Of a DNA stretch of 61,571 nt, positions 51,572 through 61,571 are shown in pieces; within the stretch, counting starts at the first letter, position 1; each line of letters starts with the position of its first letter. Source of the stretch: Candidatus Eiseniibacteriota bacterium. Lineage in GTDB: Bacteria; Eisenbacteria; RBG-16-71-46. The position numbers were made by a program, and so were the translations under genes. The stretch lies in assembly GCA_044222065.1 (NCBI GenBank), contig JBGAOA010000019.1:1-61571 (forward strand). The letters are read 5' to 3'. The notes below the pieces were generated by a model, which saw only the letters and a program-made list of their open reading frames with translations, did not search any database and was not told the DNA's origin.

Positions 51572-53152
51572 TCAGTTGCTGCCGCCGCCGCTCGCGACCG
51601 CCGGGGCCGCGAGGCCGCCGGCCGGGACTTCGTGGCGATCGTGCGCCGACACGATCCTATCGAGCGGCTTGCTGATCACGAACAGCACCGCGCCCGCGGC
51701 CACGCCGATCACGGTCATGAGCAGGAAGAACTGCGAGTGCGGGATCTTCTCCCAGAACGTGCCGAGGTAGCCCGTGATGTAGTTGCCGATGAAGTTCGCG
51801 AGGTACCAGACGCCCATCATCATCGAGACGATGCGCGCCGGAGCGACCTTCGTGACGAAGGACAGGCCGATCGGCGACAGGTACAGCTCGCCGAACGTGT
51901 AGATGAGCGTCGAGCCGACGAGCCACGACACGTTGCGCTTCGTGTCGGCCTGCATGCCCTGGGTCGCGACGATCATCACGACGAACCCGAGGCCGAGCAT
52001 CACGCAGCCCATCGCCATCTTCACGAGGCTCGACGGTTCCTGCTTGCGCGCCGCCTGCCACGCCCACAGCGAAGTGAGCACCGGCGTGAGGAACCAGATC
52101 ATGAACGGGTTCAGCGCCTGGTACCACGTGCTCGGGATCTGGAAGCCGAACACGACCGGCCACGTCGTGTTCTGGTCCGCCCACAGCTGGAGCGTGTTGC
52201 CCTGCTGCTCGTACACCGCCCAGAACGCGGCGACGATGAAGCACGCGACGCAGATCGCGATGACGCGCGGGCGCTCGTCGCCCGGCAGGCGCCAGATCCA
52301 CGCGATCGCAGCGACGACGGCGACGGCGGCGAGCGAGATCGGCACGATCTTCGGAAGCGTGAGCAGGAACAGCAGCGCGCCGATGCTCAGCGGGATGCCG
52401 ACGCAGAACGCGGCGACGCCGAGCCACGGCGTCGTCTTCGACGTCGTGGGCGGCGGCTCGACCGGCAGGTGCTTCTGGTTCGCGAGGTAGAACAGCAGGC
52501 CGAACACCATGCCGACGCCCGCGGCCGCGAAGCCCCAGTGCCAGCCGAGGTTCGGATTCTGGCCGAGCGTTCCGCACACGAGCGGCGCGAGGAACGCGCC
52601 GACGTTCACGCCGACGTAGAAGATCGAGAATGCGCGATCGCGGCGCGAGTCGCCCGGCGGGTACATCAGGCCGACCTGCGTCGAGATGTTCGGCTTGAAG
52701 CAGCCGTTGCCGAGGATCAGGAACATGAGCGCGATGAAGAACATGTTCTCCATCGCCATCAGGAAGTGGCCGATCGCCATGAGCGTGCCGCCCACGACCA
52801 CGGCCTTGCGGCGGCCGAGCAGGCGGTCGGCGAGCAGGCCGCCGAAGAACGGCGTGAAGTACACGAACGCCGTGTAGAGCCCGTACACCTGCGAGGACAG
52901 CGCCTGCGTCGCGAGCGGGCCGAACGACGCCTCGAGGGCGTGCTTGAGCCAGTCGAAGCCGAGCACGCGGGCGCCGACGTCGGGCTGCACGAACAGGTGG
53001 TTCACCATGTACAGCACGAGCAGCGAGCGCATGCCGTAGTAGCTCATGCGCTCCCACGTCTCGGTCAGGAACAGGACGAACAGTCCCCAGGGATGCCCGA
53101 GGAACGTCCGGTCGGAACGCATCGCCGCGGCGCGTGCGGGGGCGACTGCCAT
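51572..53152 (-). CDS. Proton-dependent oligopeptide transporter (POT/PTR, MFS)
   Basis: GHPWGL, ETWERMSYYGMR, GNGCFKPNIS, ELYLSPIGLS; GGAGG RBS. Confidence 0.95.
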   Translation of the reverse strand: MAVAPARAAAMRSDRTFLGHPWGLFVLFLTETWERMSYYGMRSLLVLYMVNHLFVQPDVGARVLGFDWLKHALEASFGPLATQALSSQVYGLYTAFVYFTPFFGGLLADRLLGRRKAVVVGGTLMAIGHFLMAMENMFFIALMFLILGNGCFKPNISTQVGLMYPPGDSRRDRAFSIFYVGVNVGAFLAPLVCGTLGQNPNLGWHWGFAAAGVGMVFGLLFYLANQKHLPVEPPPTTSKTTPWLGVAAFCVGIPLSIGALLFLLTLPKIVPISLAAVAVVAAIAWIWRLPGDERPRVIAICVACFIVAAFWAVYEQQGNTLQLWADQNTTWPVVFGFQIPSTWYQALNPFMIWFLTPVLTSLWAWQAARKQEPSSLVKMAMGCVMLGLGFVVMIVATQGMQADTKRNVSWLVGSTLIYTFGELYLSPIGLSFVTKVAPARIVSMMMGVWYLANFIGNYITGYLGTFWEKIPHSQFFLLMTVIGVAAGAVLFVISKPLDRIVSAHDRHEVPAGGLAAPAVASGGGSN

Positions 53153-53349
53153 GAGAAGTCCTCCGGAAGGAAGCAGGGAGACGAGCGGGCGCCCAGCGTA
53201 GTCGGGCCGCCCGCGTTCCGCCACCGCTTTCGTGACGAACGACGCGCGCCGAGCGCCGTGCGCTAGACTGCGCGCGCGCTGTCGCGCGGGGCGGGCCCGC
53301 GGAAGCGCGTGGGACCGGGCGCTCGCAGCACTCTCGGAGGTTCCGGCGC

Positions 53350-55365
53350 GTGATCGCGACACCCGCACGCTTCGTCGCGGCGGCCGTGCTCCTGCTCGTG
53401 CTCGCCGATCGTGCGCCGGCGGCGCCGCGCGACACGCTCGCCACGCTCGCGCCGCGCGCGAAGGCCGCGCTGCTCCACCGCTGGGCCGAGGAGCGTCTCG
53501 GCGACCGCTCGGTCGAGAGCCGCCAGCGCGCGCTGCGCGACCTCGAGGATGCGATCGCGCTCGACCCCTTGGACGGCGAGCACTGGCTGCTGCTCGGGCG
53601 CTTCCAGGTGCTCGGCGAGTACGACGTGGCGGCGCGCGCGAGCTTTGCCCGGGCGCTGGAACTCGAGCCGCAGGATCCGCGCGCGTGGCTCGAGTACGGC
53701 CGCACCTGGAAGCGCCAGTGGCTGCGCACGCTCGATTCGACCGCGGCCGCGCGCGCCGAGGCGGCGTTCGACACCGCGGCGATCGTGCGGCCGTTCGGCG
53801 CCGAGGCGTGGCTCGAACTCGTGCCCATGCGCTACGAGCGCGGCGATCTCGCGGGCGCGCTCGACGCCGCCGAGCGCGCGCGAAGGGCGCGGCCCCGGCG
53901 CCCCGAGGCGCTCGTCGCCGACGCCTACCTGCGCTACCGGATCGGCGACCTCGAGCGCGCCGACACGCTGTTCCGCGCCGCGATCCCGCTGCTCCCCGAG
54001 CGCTTCCGCGCGCTGATGCTCGATGCGCCCGCGTGGTTCCGCGGGCTGCCCGAGAAGCTCGGCCGCACGCCGTCGCACGCATCGCTTTCGGCGCCCGAGG
54101 CCGCGGCCGGCGACGGCGACGGCGCGCCGCAGGACGTCGGCGAACGCGCGTCGCGCGGCGCGACGATGGACTCGTCGGCGAGCTTCTGGCGCCGGAGCGA
54201 CCCCGATCCGACGACCGCCGTGAACGAGATGCAACTCGAGTACTGGTCGCGCGTCGCGCACGCGTGGTTCGTGTTCTTCGATCCCGCGCGGCCGTCGCTC
54301 GACGCCCGCGCCGAGACGTACGTGCGCTACGGGCCGCCGTCGCACGTCGAGAACAACCCCGGCGGCGTGCCGCTGTCGTACGCGCCGCTGCGCCTGTTCG
54401 ATCCGCACAGCCACAGCGAGCTCTCGTATCCGATGCTCGTGCAGGGCTGGCACTACCCCGAGCTCGGCATGCGCGTCGTGCTCGACGACCAGTCGCTGCA
54501 CGGCCGGTTCACGCCGCGCGTGGATCGCGAGTACGACGCGCTCTCGGCCCCGAATCCCGCGGTGCTCGCCGCGCGCCGCGATCTCGTCGCGTTCGGCGGC
54601 GGCGCGGCCGTGTTCCCGACGCTGCCGCCGCGCGAGCAGCGCGTCGAGCTGCGCGGCGCGCTGCTGCGCTTCGAAGGCGCGAAGGGGCCGCGCCTGCTCG
54701 TGCAGGTGCGCGCCGCCGCGAGTCCCGCCGACGCGATCACCGGCCGCTGGGTCGCGCTCGATCGCGACGGCCGCACGCTCGCGTCCGACGACCTGGCGCT
54801 CGGGATCTCCGCGTGCGATCCGACCGAGTGGCGCCTCGCCGAGGTCGGCGCCGACCTGCCGGCCGGCACCGCGAGCGTGACGGTGTCGGTGCGCGATGCG
54901 CACCGGCGCCGCGGACTCTTCCGTGCGAACGCCGAACTCGCGCCCGCGCCCGCGGGCCTCGCGATGAGCGACCTCGTGTTGTGCTGCGGCGATCCGACGC
55001 TGTTCGCGCGCAGCGGCATCGTGCGCTTCGAGGCGAACATGGACGGCCACGTTCGTGGCCGGCTGCCCGTGTCGGTGTACTTCGAGCTGTACCGGCTCGC
55101 GCTCGATGCCGAGGGCCGCTCGCGCTTCGAGTACGAGTACCGCGTGCGCCGCGTGCTGCCGTCGGGCAAGAAGGCGCGGCGCGAGGAGAAGCCCGTCGTG
55201 CTCTCGACCTGGCGCGAGGAGTCGAACGCCGGAGCGATGCGCCGCCAGTTCGTGAACGTTCCGATCGAGGCGCTCTCCGCCGGCCGTTACCGCCTCGAGG
55301 TCCGCGTGCGCGACCTCGCGAACGGCGCCGAGACCGAGCGCGGGGTGGAGTTCGAGCGGCGCTAG
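53350..55365 (+). CDS. TPR + GWxTD-like domain protein with C-terminal Ig-like domain
   Basis: Signal peptide, TPRs, FWRRSDPDPTTAVNE..EYWSRVAHA...DARAETYVRYGPP, LSAGRYRLEVRVRD. Confidence 0.8.
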   Translation: MIATPARFVAAAVLLLVLADRAPAAPRDTLATLAPRAKAALLHRWAEERLGDRSVESRQRALRDLEDAIALDPLDGEHWLLLGRFQVLGEYDVAARASFARALELEPQDPRAWLEYGRTWKRQWLRTLDSTAAARAEAAFDTAAIVRPFGAEAWLELVPMRYERGDLAGALDAAERARRARPRRPEALVADAYLRYRIGDLERADTLFRAAIPLLPERFRALMLDAPAWFRGLPEKLGRTPSHASLSAPEAAAGDGDGAPQDVGERASRGATMDSSASFWRRSDPDPTTAVNEMQLEYWSRVAHAWFVFFDPARPSLDARAETYVRYGPPSHVENNPGGVPLSYAPLRLFDPHSHSELSYPMLVQGWHYPELGMRVVLDDQSLHGRFTPRVDREYDALSAPNPAVLAARRDLVAFGGGAAVFPTLPPREQRVELRGALLRFEGAKGPRLLVQVRAAASPADAITGRWVALDRDGRTLASDDLALGISACDPTEWRLAEVGADLPAGTASVTVSVRDAHRRRGLFRANAELAPAPAGLAMSDLVLCCGDPTLFARSGIVRFEANMDGHVRGRLPVSVYFELYRLALDAEGRSRFEYEYRVRRVLPSGKKARREEKPVVLSTWREESNAGAMRRQFVNVPIEALSAGRYRLEVRVRDLANGAETERGVEFERR

Positions 55366-55486
55366 GGCGTCGGGGGGGCCGACACTTTTGCGGGCGCGTC
55401 TCGCCAGCCTCGAGCGGACCGTGCGGGGTTCGCGAGCGCGGACCTCACGACGCAACGAGTTGGCGGCGGGCGAGTCGCCCGCTCCG

Positions 55487-55503
55487 GCGGCACGCGCCAT
55501 GCG
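55487..55503 (+). promoter_or_regulatory. Sigma54-type promoter candidate
   Basis: GCGGCACGCGCCATGCG has GG-N10-GC spacing, ~48 nt before the ATG. Confidence 0.4.
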
Positions 55504-55550
55504 CTCACCCCCCGTTTCACGGGCTCCGAACCCCTCGAAAGGACTCCGAC

Positions 55551-58324
55551 ATGGACTCTGCGCGCCTTCGCCTCCTCGTCGTCGTGCTGTTCGCCGTCAC
55601 GTCTCCGGCTGCGGCCGAGCCGGCGCCTTCGTCTCAGATCGAAATCACGGGCCCGATTCAGTTCGCTCAGCCACCTCTGGTGTCGTCGTTCGCCGACATC
55701 GTGGACGTGGACGGCGGGCTTCCGGATCTGGTCTCGGCATCCGGCGTCAGCGTTCGATTCCTCCCAAACCTCGGAAGCTTCGCGTTCGGTGCCCCGCACC
55801 TCGTGCCGCTCGCGGATGCGGGCTCCCTCGGCAACTTCCTGGTCGTCGATCTCGACGGGAACGACATCCCCGACCTCGCAGGGCTCTCCTCGGCGGGGAC
55901 GCTCGCCGTTCGGCTCGGGCTCGGAGGCGGTGCGTTCGCTCCGGCGCTTTTGGCGACGATGCCGGCGCTCGCGAACGGGATCGCCGCCGCGGACTTCGAC
56001 GGCGACGCGCATCTCGACCTCGCCATCACGCACGTCGACAGCGGCCGAGTCTCGGTGTGGCGCGGCCGGGGCGACGGCACCTTCGATCCGCCGACGCTCC
56101 TGTCGTTCGGAAGACCGGCCTACGCGTCCGGCAGCTCCGGGTACGACGACATCGTCGTCGGCCAGTTCGGCGGCGACGCGGCGCCCGACATCGCCGTGCT
56201 CGATCACTACCCGCGCTTCTCCGTCTCGGCATTCGTGAATCAGGGCGGCGGCACGTTCGCGCCGCCGGTGCGCACGACCGTGACGTCCGGCTTCCAGAAC
56301 CGCCTGCTCACCACGGATCTCGACCGCGACGGGCTCGACGACCTGGTGATCGGCATGGAGGGTCCGCTCGTCGAAACGCTGCGCAACGTGGGCGGCGCGT
56401 CGTTCTCGCACCTTCAGACGATTCCGCAGCTCGGGTTCTCGGGCGGGATCCGTCCCGAGCTCGGGGACATGGATGGCGACGGGCGTCTCGACCTCGTGGT
56501 CGCGTACTCGCTCGGCTCGCAGGTCAACTACGACCGCAACTACCTCGCGGTGTGGCGTGGTCTGCCGGATGGGACGTTCGGAGAGGAGACCGATGCGCAG
56601 GTCGGCCGGGGCGCTGTCGGCGCGGCGGTTGGAGATCTCGACGGCGACGGCCGACTCGACGCGCTCGGGACGAGCCTCTACGCGCAAACGGAAGGCACGA
56701 CCGGCCTGACGCCGGGCGGCGCGTGGCTCTTCCACGGCCTCGCGGGCGGTCCGCTCGACGGCGTGCGCTCGTTCTTCGCCGATCAGCCGTGCAGTCCCGG
56801 CGGCTGCTACGCGACGACGTGGACGCTCGCGACGGTGCGCGCGCACGCGCCGGCCGATCTGTTCGTGACGCGATCCGGCAAGACGCTGATGCGCCGAATG
56901 CCCCCGATCTCGACGGCGACGGCCGCGACGAACTGCTCGCGCTCGGCGCGGACTCGGTCGGAATCGTGCGCACGATCGGCGATGCGACGTGGGCGCCGAT
57001 CGACTGGTACTTCGGCGCGACGTTCGATGGCTTCGCGGACTTCGACGGCGACGGGCGCCGCGATCTGGCCCTGCACACGCCGGACGGACGACTTCAGTAT
57101 CGGCCGGGAATCGGCGCGGGGGCGTTCGGCGCGATGGTGGCGACCGACTTCGTCTTCCCGCTCGCGGCGCAGTACGCCCGGGAACTCGGCGACACCGATG
57201 GCGACGGACGTGCGGAGGTGCTGATCAGCGTCGAGCGAACGGACTTCGATTCGTTGTTCGTGATCGCGCTGCCTCCGGGCGGCGGGCTCGACACGCTAGC
57301 GACGATCCCGATGCCGTGCGTCACGGGCGGCGCGGTCCCGTTCTGCCGTCGCGGTCAGCCGCACCTCGCTCGTTCCGGCCCGGGGCTGCCGCACCTCTAC
57401 GTACTGATGGGTTCGAGCGGCTGCGACTGCCGCGGCTATCTGCTGAGCTACCGCCGACAGCCGGACGGTTCGTACGTCGAGGTCTCGCGAATCGGAACGC
57501 CGCGCGATCCGCTCGGCGTGAACGTCGCCGACTTCGATCTCGACGGCGTGGACGACGCAATCTTCTCGTACGGGAACAACTGCTGCGTCGGAGGCGTCGA
57601 GGTCTATCGCGGCGCCCTCGATGGTTCGCTGTCGCTCGCCGCCGCCGTGGATCCCGGCGCGTACACCGGCGTCGCGTTCGCGGGCAACCTCGATGGCGAC
57701 GACCGTCCCGACCTCGTCGTTCCGATGTCCTACTACGGCCGCGTCGCGTTCGTGCTCAACCGCACGTTCGTGGACCAGCCGACGCCGACGCGCCTCTCGC
57801 TGGTCGGCGCGAGCGCCGAGCCCGGCGTCGTGCGGCTCGAGTGGTTCGGCGACGGCGCCGGTGGCAGCGAGGCGCTCGTCGAACGCCGTGGCGCGACGAG
57901 CGCGTGGACGCCGCTCGGTACGATCGTGGCCGACGGCTCGGGGCGCTTCCGCTTCGAAGACCGCGACGTGGTCGCCGGCGCGCGCTACGCCTATCGGCTC
58001 GTCACGGGTGGCGCGCCCGAGGTCGCGACCGAGGCGTGGATCGACGTTCCCTCCGCGAGCCTCACGCGTCTCGACGGCGTGCATCCGAACCCGGCGACGC
58101 GCGAGGCGCTCGTGAGCTTCGACCTCGCACGCGCAGGAGCCGCACGCCTCGACGTGCTCGATCTGCTCGGACGCCGCGTCGCGGGCGGCGCGGTCACGAG
58201 TTTCGGGGCGGGGCGCCACGTGGTCCCGGTGCCGGGCGCGGCCGCGCTGCGTCCCGGCGTGTACGTGATCCGACTCGAGTCCGAGGGCCGTGCGGAAACG
58301 CGGCGCTTCGTCGTGATCCGCTGA
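55551..58324 (+). pseudogene. FG-GAP/VCBS repeat protein with T9SS-like CTD, frameshifted near 56897
   Basis: DxDGDG repeats run in one frame to ~56895 and resume in the -1 frame (PDLDGDGRDEL) through HPNP...PGVY...RRFVVIR. Confidence 0.75.
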
Positions 58325-58454
58325 CGTTCGGCCCGCTCGAACGCGTTCGTCGCCGGGCCTTCCGCGCCCGGCGGCGCCGTTTGTGGCGGCGGTCCGAAGG
58401 GCACTAGCCTCGGCGCGTTCTCTCATCTCCTTCACTCGAACGAGGGACCCCGCC

Positions 58455-59714
58455 ATGCCGCCCACGATGCAGACGCTCAAGACCTCGGTGCTCGAACGCT
58501 TCCTCCGCTACGTCACGTACGACACGACCTCGGACGAGAACTCGACGACCTGCCCGAGCACGGCAAAGCAGCTCGTGCTGCTCGACCATCTCGCGAAGGA
58601 GCTGAAGGCGGTCGGCTGCACGGACGTGAAGCGCGACGAGCACGGCTACGTCTACGGCACGATCCCGGCGACGACGAAGAAGGCGAACGTGCCCGTGATC
58701 GGGTTCGCCGCGCACGTGGACACCTCGCCCGAGGTGAGCGGGACGAACGTGAAGCCAATCGTGCACCGCGACTGGAACGGCTCGGACATCGTGCTGCCCG
58801 ACGATCCGACGCAGGTGCTCAAGCGCTCCGAGATCCCGCTGCTCGAAGAGCAGCTCGGTCACGACATCGTGACGGCGTCGGGCACGACGCTGCTCGGCGC
58901 CGACAACAAGGCCGGCGTGGCCGAGATCGTCGCCGCGGCCGAGTACCTGATCCAGCACCCCGAGATCCCGCACGGCGTCGTGAAGATCGGATTCACGCCC
59001 GACGAAGAGATCGGGCGCGGCGCGGACAAGTTCGACGTGAAGGGTTTCGGCGCGTTCTGCGCGTACACGATGGACGGGCAGGAGCGCGGGCTCGTCGAAG
59101 CCGAGACATTCTCGGCCGACAGCATGACGTTCACGTTCCGTGGCGTGAACTCGCACCCGGGCACGGCGAAGGGCGTCATGGTGAACTCGATCAAGGTTGC
59201 CGCGGACTTCCTCGCGCGCATTCCGAAGAGCGGCGTCACGCCCGAGACGACCGAGGACCGCATCGGCTTCGTGCACCCGTACGTGCAGAGCGGCTCGGTC
59301 GCCGAGACGAGCGTGAAGTTCATCATCCGCGACTTCGTCACCGCGGGCCTCGCCGAGAAGGAGGCGATGCTCGACAGGCTCGCGAAGGAAGCGGTTGCCG
59401 CGTGGCCGGGCTCGAGCGTCGAGTCGAAGGTGCAGGAGCAGTACCGCAACATGAAGGAAGTGCTCGACCGGCACCCCGAGATCGTCGAGAACGCGCGCGA
59501 GGCGATCCGCCGCTCCGGCCTCGCGGTGCGCGAAGGGTCGATCCGCGGCGGCACCGACGGTTCGCGGCTGAGCTTCATGGGCCTGCCGACGCCGAACATC
59601 TTCGCCGGCGAGTGCAGCATCCATTCGAAGCTCGAGTGGTGCTCGGCGCAGGACATGGAGAAGGCCGTCGAAGTGATCGTGAACCTGGCCCGAGTCTGGG
59701 AGGAGCGGGCGTAG
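58455..59714 (+). CDS. pepT: Peptidase T (tripeptide aminopeptidase)
   Basis: ERFLRYV, HVDTSP, LLGADNKAG, FTPDEEIGRG, HPGTAKG, IRGGTDG. Confidence 0.95.
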   Translation: MPPTMQTLKTSVLERFLRYVTYDTTSDENSTTCPSTAKQLVLLDHLAKELKAVGCTDVKRDEHGYVYGTIPATTKKANVPVIGFAAHVDTSPEVSGTNVKPIVHRDWNGSDIVLPDDPTQVLKRSEIPLLEEQLGHDIVTASGTTLLGADNKAGVAEIVAAAEYLIQHPEIPHGVVKIGFTPDEEIGRGADKFDVKGFGAFCAYTMDGQERGLVEAETFSADSMTFTFRGVNSHPGTAKGVMVNSIKVAADFLARIPKSGVTPETTEDRIGFVHPYVQSGSVAETSVKFIIRDFVTAGLAEKEAMLDRLAKEAVAAWPGSSVESKVQEQYRNMKEVLDRHPEIVENAREAIRRSGLAVREGSIRGGTDGSRLSFMGLPTPNIFAGECSIHSKLEWCSAQDMEKAVEVIVNLARVWEERA

Positions 59715-60007
59715 CGGGCCGGGGACGGCTGCGGCATCGCCTGCGACCCTCGAGGTTCGCGGTCCGTGGCTCGGGCGGCGGAGAAGGCGGCCGCAGGTCG
59801 TTGCCTGCTCCGGTCGGTCTCAAGTTCGCCATTGATCGGCCGGCCGATCGTTGTGGATAGTTCCGCACCGGTTTCCCCAGTCCGAGTCACACCCCGGGCC
59901 GTGCTTCGACTCCCTTACCGGAAGCGATCGCTTTCCGGACGGTTGAGCGGACAGGGCCGCGGGCATGGTCCCCAAATCCACCGCTCAGCCCCGAGAGTGC
60001 GAATTCG

Positions 60008-60571
60008 ATGACTTCTGACGTCAGGTCAGCGCAGCACGTCGACGAACTCGACCGCGTGGACTGGAAGGAGGCGCGCGCTCGCATGAAGCGCGTGATTGCC
60101 TCGAACCTCAAGGGGAGCGTGGACTCCGACGAGCTCGAAGATCTCGCACAAGAGGCCGTGGTCGGTCTGCTGCGCGCCGTTCGCCGGGGCGGCATCCAGA
60201 ATCTCGAGGCGATCGAGGTCACGATCGCGAAGCGCCTCGCGATCGATCGCATGCGTCGAAAGCGCTGGACCGAGCCGCTCGAGGACGACCCGGGCACTGC
60301 GGCCCCGGAACGGGACGACGAGCCGCTCGATCCGGAGGAGGCACAGTTCTATGTCGGCGCGATGCTCGAGTCGCTGGGCGAGAAGTGTCGCGAGCTGTTC
60401 GACCGCTGGCTCGAGACGTTCAATCTCGCCGCGGTCGCCGAACGCCTCCGTATCTCGCACGCTGCCGCCCGCAAGCGGTCCGAGCGCTGTCGCGAGCGCG
60501 CGCTCGAGATCTGCCGCGCGGACCAGGGTCCGCTCGGCGACTGGGCTCGCGGTCAGCTGGGGCTCGCATGA
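60008..60571 (+). CDS. ECF sigma factor
   Basis: EDLAQEA, IAKRLAIDRMRR (region 2); VAERLRISHAAARKR (region 4). Confidence 0.78.
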   Translation: MTSDVRSAQHVDELDRVDWKEARARMKRVIASNLKGSVDSDELEDLAQEAVVGLLRAVRRGGIQNLEAIEVTIAKRLAIDRMRRKRWTEPLEDDPGTAAPERDDEPLDPEEAQFYVGAMLESLGEKCRELFDRWLETFNLAAVAERLRISHAAARKRSERCRERALEICRADQGPLGDWARGQLGLA

Positions 60572-61515
60572 ACGACACGCGCGAACACGGTTGGGCGCGC
60601 GACCGCCTCGCGGCGTACGCGACGGGGTGGCTCGGTGATTCGGACCGCGAGCGCTTCGAGCGGCACGTGAACGCGTGCGCGGAGTGTCGGGAGGCGCTCG
60701 ACGCCCTGCGATCGCCGCAAGCGAGTCGCGGTCGCCACCTCCCGGACGCACTGGTGGCGCAATGGGATCGGCGCCGAGACCGGCTGCGAGGCTTGCAGCG
60801 TGAACTGGTGCGGCGTCACCTCGCGAGCTGCGAGGAGTGTTCCGTCGTCCTGCGGCGGCTCGGCCACGAACCCGTGCTCGAGCGCGTCGAGGAGCTCGAG
60901 CCCTCGGCGGAACTGCTCGCTCAACTCGATGGCCGCGTGGCGGACCCCGCGCCACGGAGCACTCACCGCGGCGAACGCACCGAGTCGTTCTGGCGGCAGC
61001 GCGAGTTCTGGTTCGGCGGCGCATTCGGCGGCGCGATCGCGGCCGCCGCGGCGGTCGTGCTCGTCATGGGCCCGCTCGGGCGCGGCGGCGGCGAGATCGG
61101 CGAGCCGGCGGGAGGCGTCACTCGGGGCGTCCGCAACGATTCGCTGTTGCGCCTCGAACTCGGCGCCGGTCCCGCGACGCGGACGCTCGTGGCGCGTGAG
61201 GGTCCCACTTCGGCGTCGGGAGCGAACGACACGCTGATCGTGCCCCGTCCGGACGAGCGGCGACTTCGTCTCGCGCTCGTTCTGGATCCCGGGCTGCCTC
61301 CGAACGCCCCGGTCGAGGTTGCCCTGACCACGACGCGCGGGGAGATCCTGCAGCGCATGACCGTGGAAGGCGCCTACCTGCTCGACGCGGAGCGCGGCCC
61401 GCTGATCCGCGCGGAGGGCGACTGGCCGACCGCAGACGTCGTGCTGCGCCTCTCGTGGGAGGACGCGACGGGAGCAGCGCGTCTCGCTCACTTCCCGATC
61501 CATCTGCGCCCCTGA
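60568..61515 (+). CDS. Anti-sigma factor with two zf-HC2 (HxxxCxxC) motifs, a TM helix and an extracytoplasmic domain
   Basis: ATGA coupling; HVNACAEC and HLASCEEC; TM FGGAFGGAIAAAAAVVLVM. Confidence 0.78.
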   Translation: MNDTREHGWARDRLAAYATGWLGDSDRERFERHVNACAECREALDALRSPQASRGRHLPDALVAQWDRRRDRLRGLQRELVRRHLASCEECSVVLRRLGHEPVLERVEELEPSAELLAQLDGRVADPAPRSTHRGERTESFWRQREFWFGGAFGGAIAAAAAVVLVMGPLGRGGGEIGEPAGGVTRGVRNDSLLRLELGAGPATRTLVAREGPTSASGANDTLIVPRPDERRLRLALVLDPGLPPNAPVEVALTTTRGEILQRMTVEGAYLLDAERGPLIRAEGDWPTADVVLRLSWEDATGAARLAHFPIHLRP

Positions 61516-61571
61516 CGCACGACCGGACGCCAGGTCCAATCGACCGCACGCGACTCGGGATGCGCTAGTCT

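Noticed and set aside
59820..59850. Sigma28-like TCAAG...GCCGAT upstream of the ECF gene
   Set aside because: The spacing is about 19 nt rather than 15.

Overview
A very GC-rich bacterial window with about 41 genes. Most long ORFs in the supplied track are shadow frames. The gene repertoire (many secreted proteins with FlgD-Ig/T9SS-like C-terminal domains, a GWxTD protein, a DUF222-like HNH) suggests an FCB-related lineage such as Ca. Eisenbacteria; this is inference. Housekeeping and accessory genes include a split glcDE/glcF set, peptide uptake and catabolism genes (OPT, POT, pepT, DUF1028), a DHS-like homospermidine synthase, an AAA/VWA pair, a PAS hybrid kinase, an EAL-HDOD protein and an ECF sigma/anti-sigma pair. 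The most notable observations are: (1) a secreted 7-heme cytochrome whose motif order follows the Geobacter nanowire cytochrome OmcS, including the FH-x6-CxxCH-xx-H N-terminus, plus one extra heme motif; (2) five proteins sharing a T9SS-type-A-like C-terminal sorting domain, together with a PorT-like barrel and a GWxTD protein; (3) a stand-alone HNH nuclease with a perfect 20-bp palindrome in its linker and a RuvA-CTD-like tail; (4) an orphan SbnI/SerK-like serine kinase; (5) a rod-like ~170-nt intergenic RNA candidate. No tRNA, rRNA or CRISPR array was seen. All family assignments come from motif recognition by eye, not from database searches.
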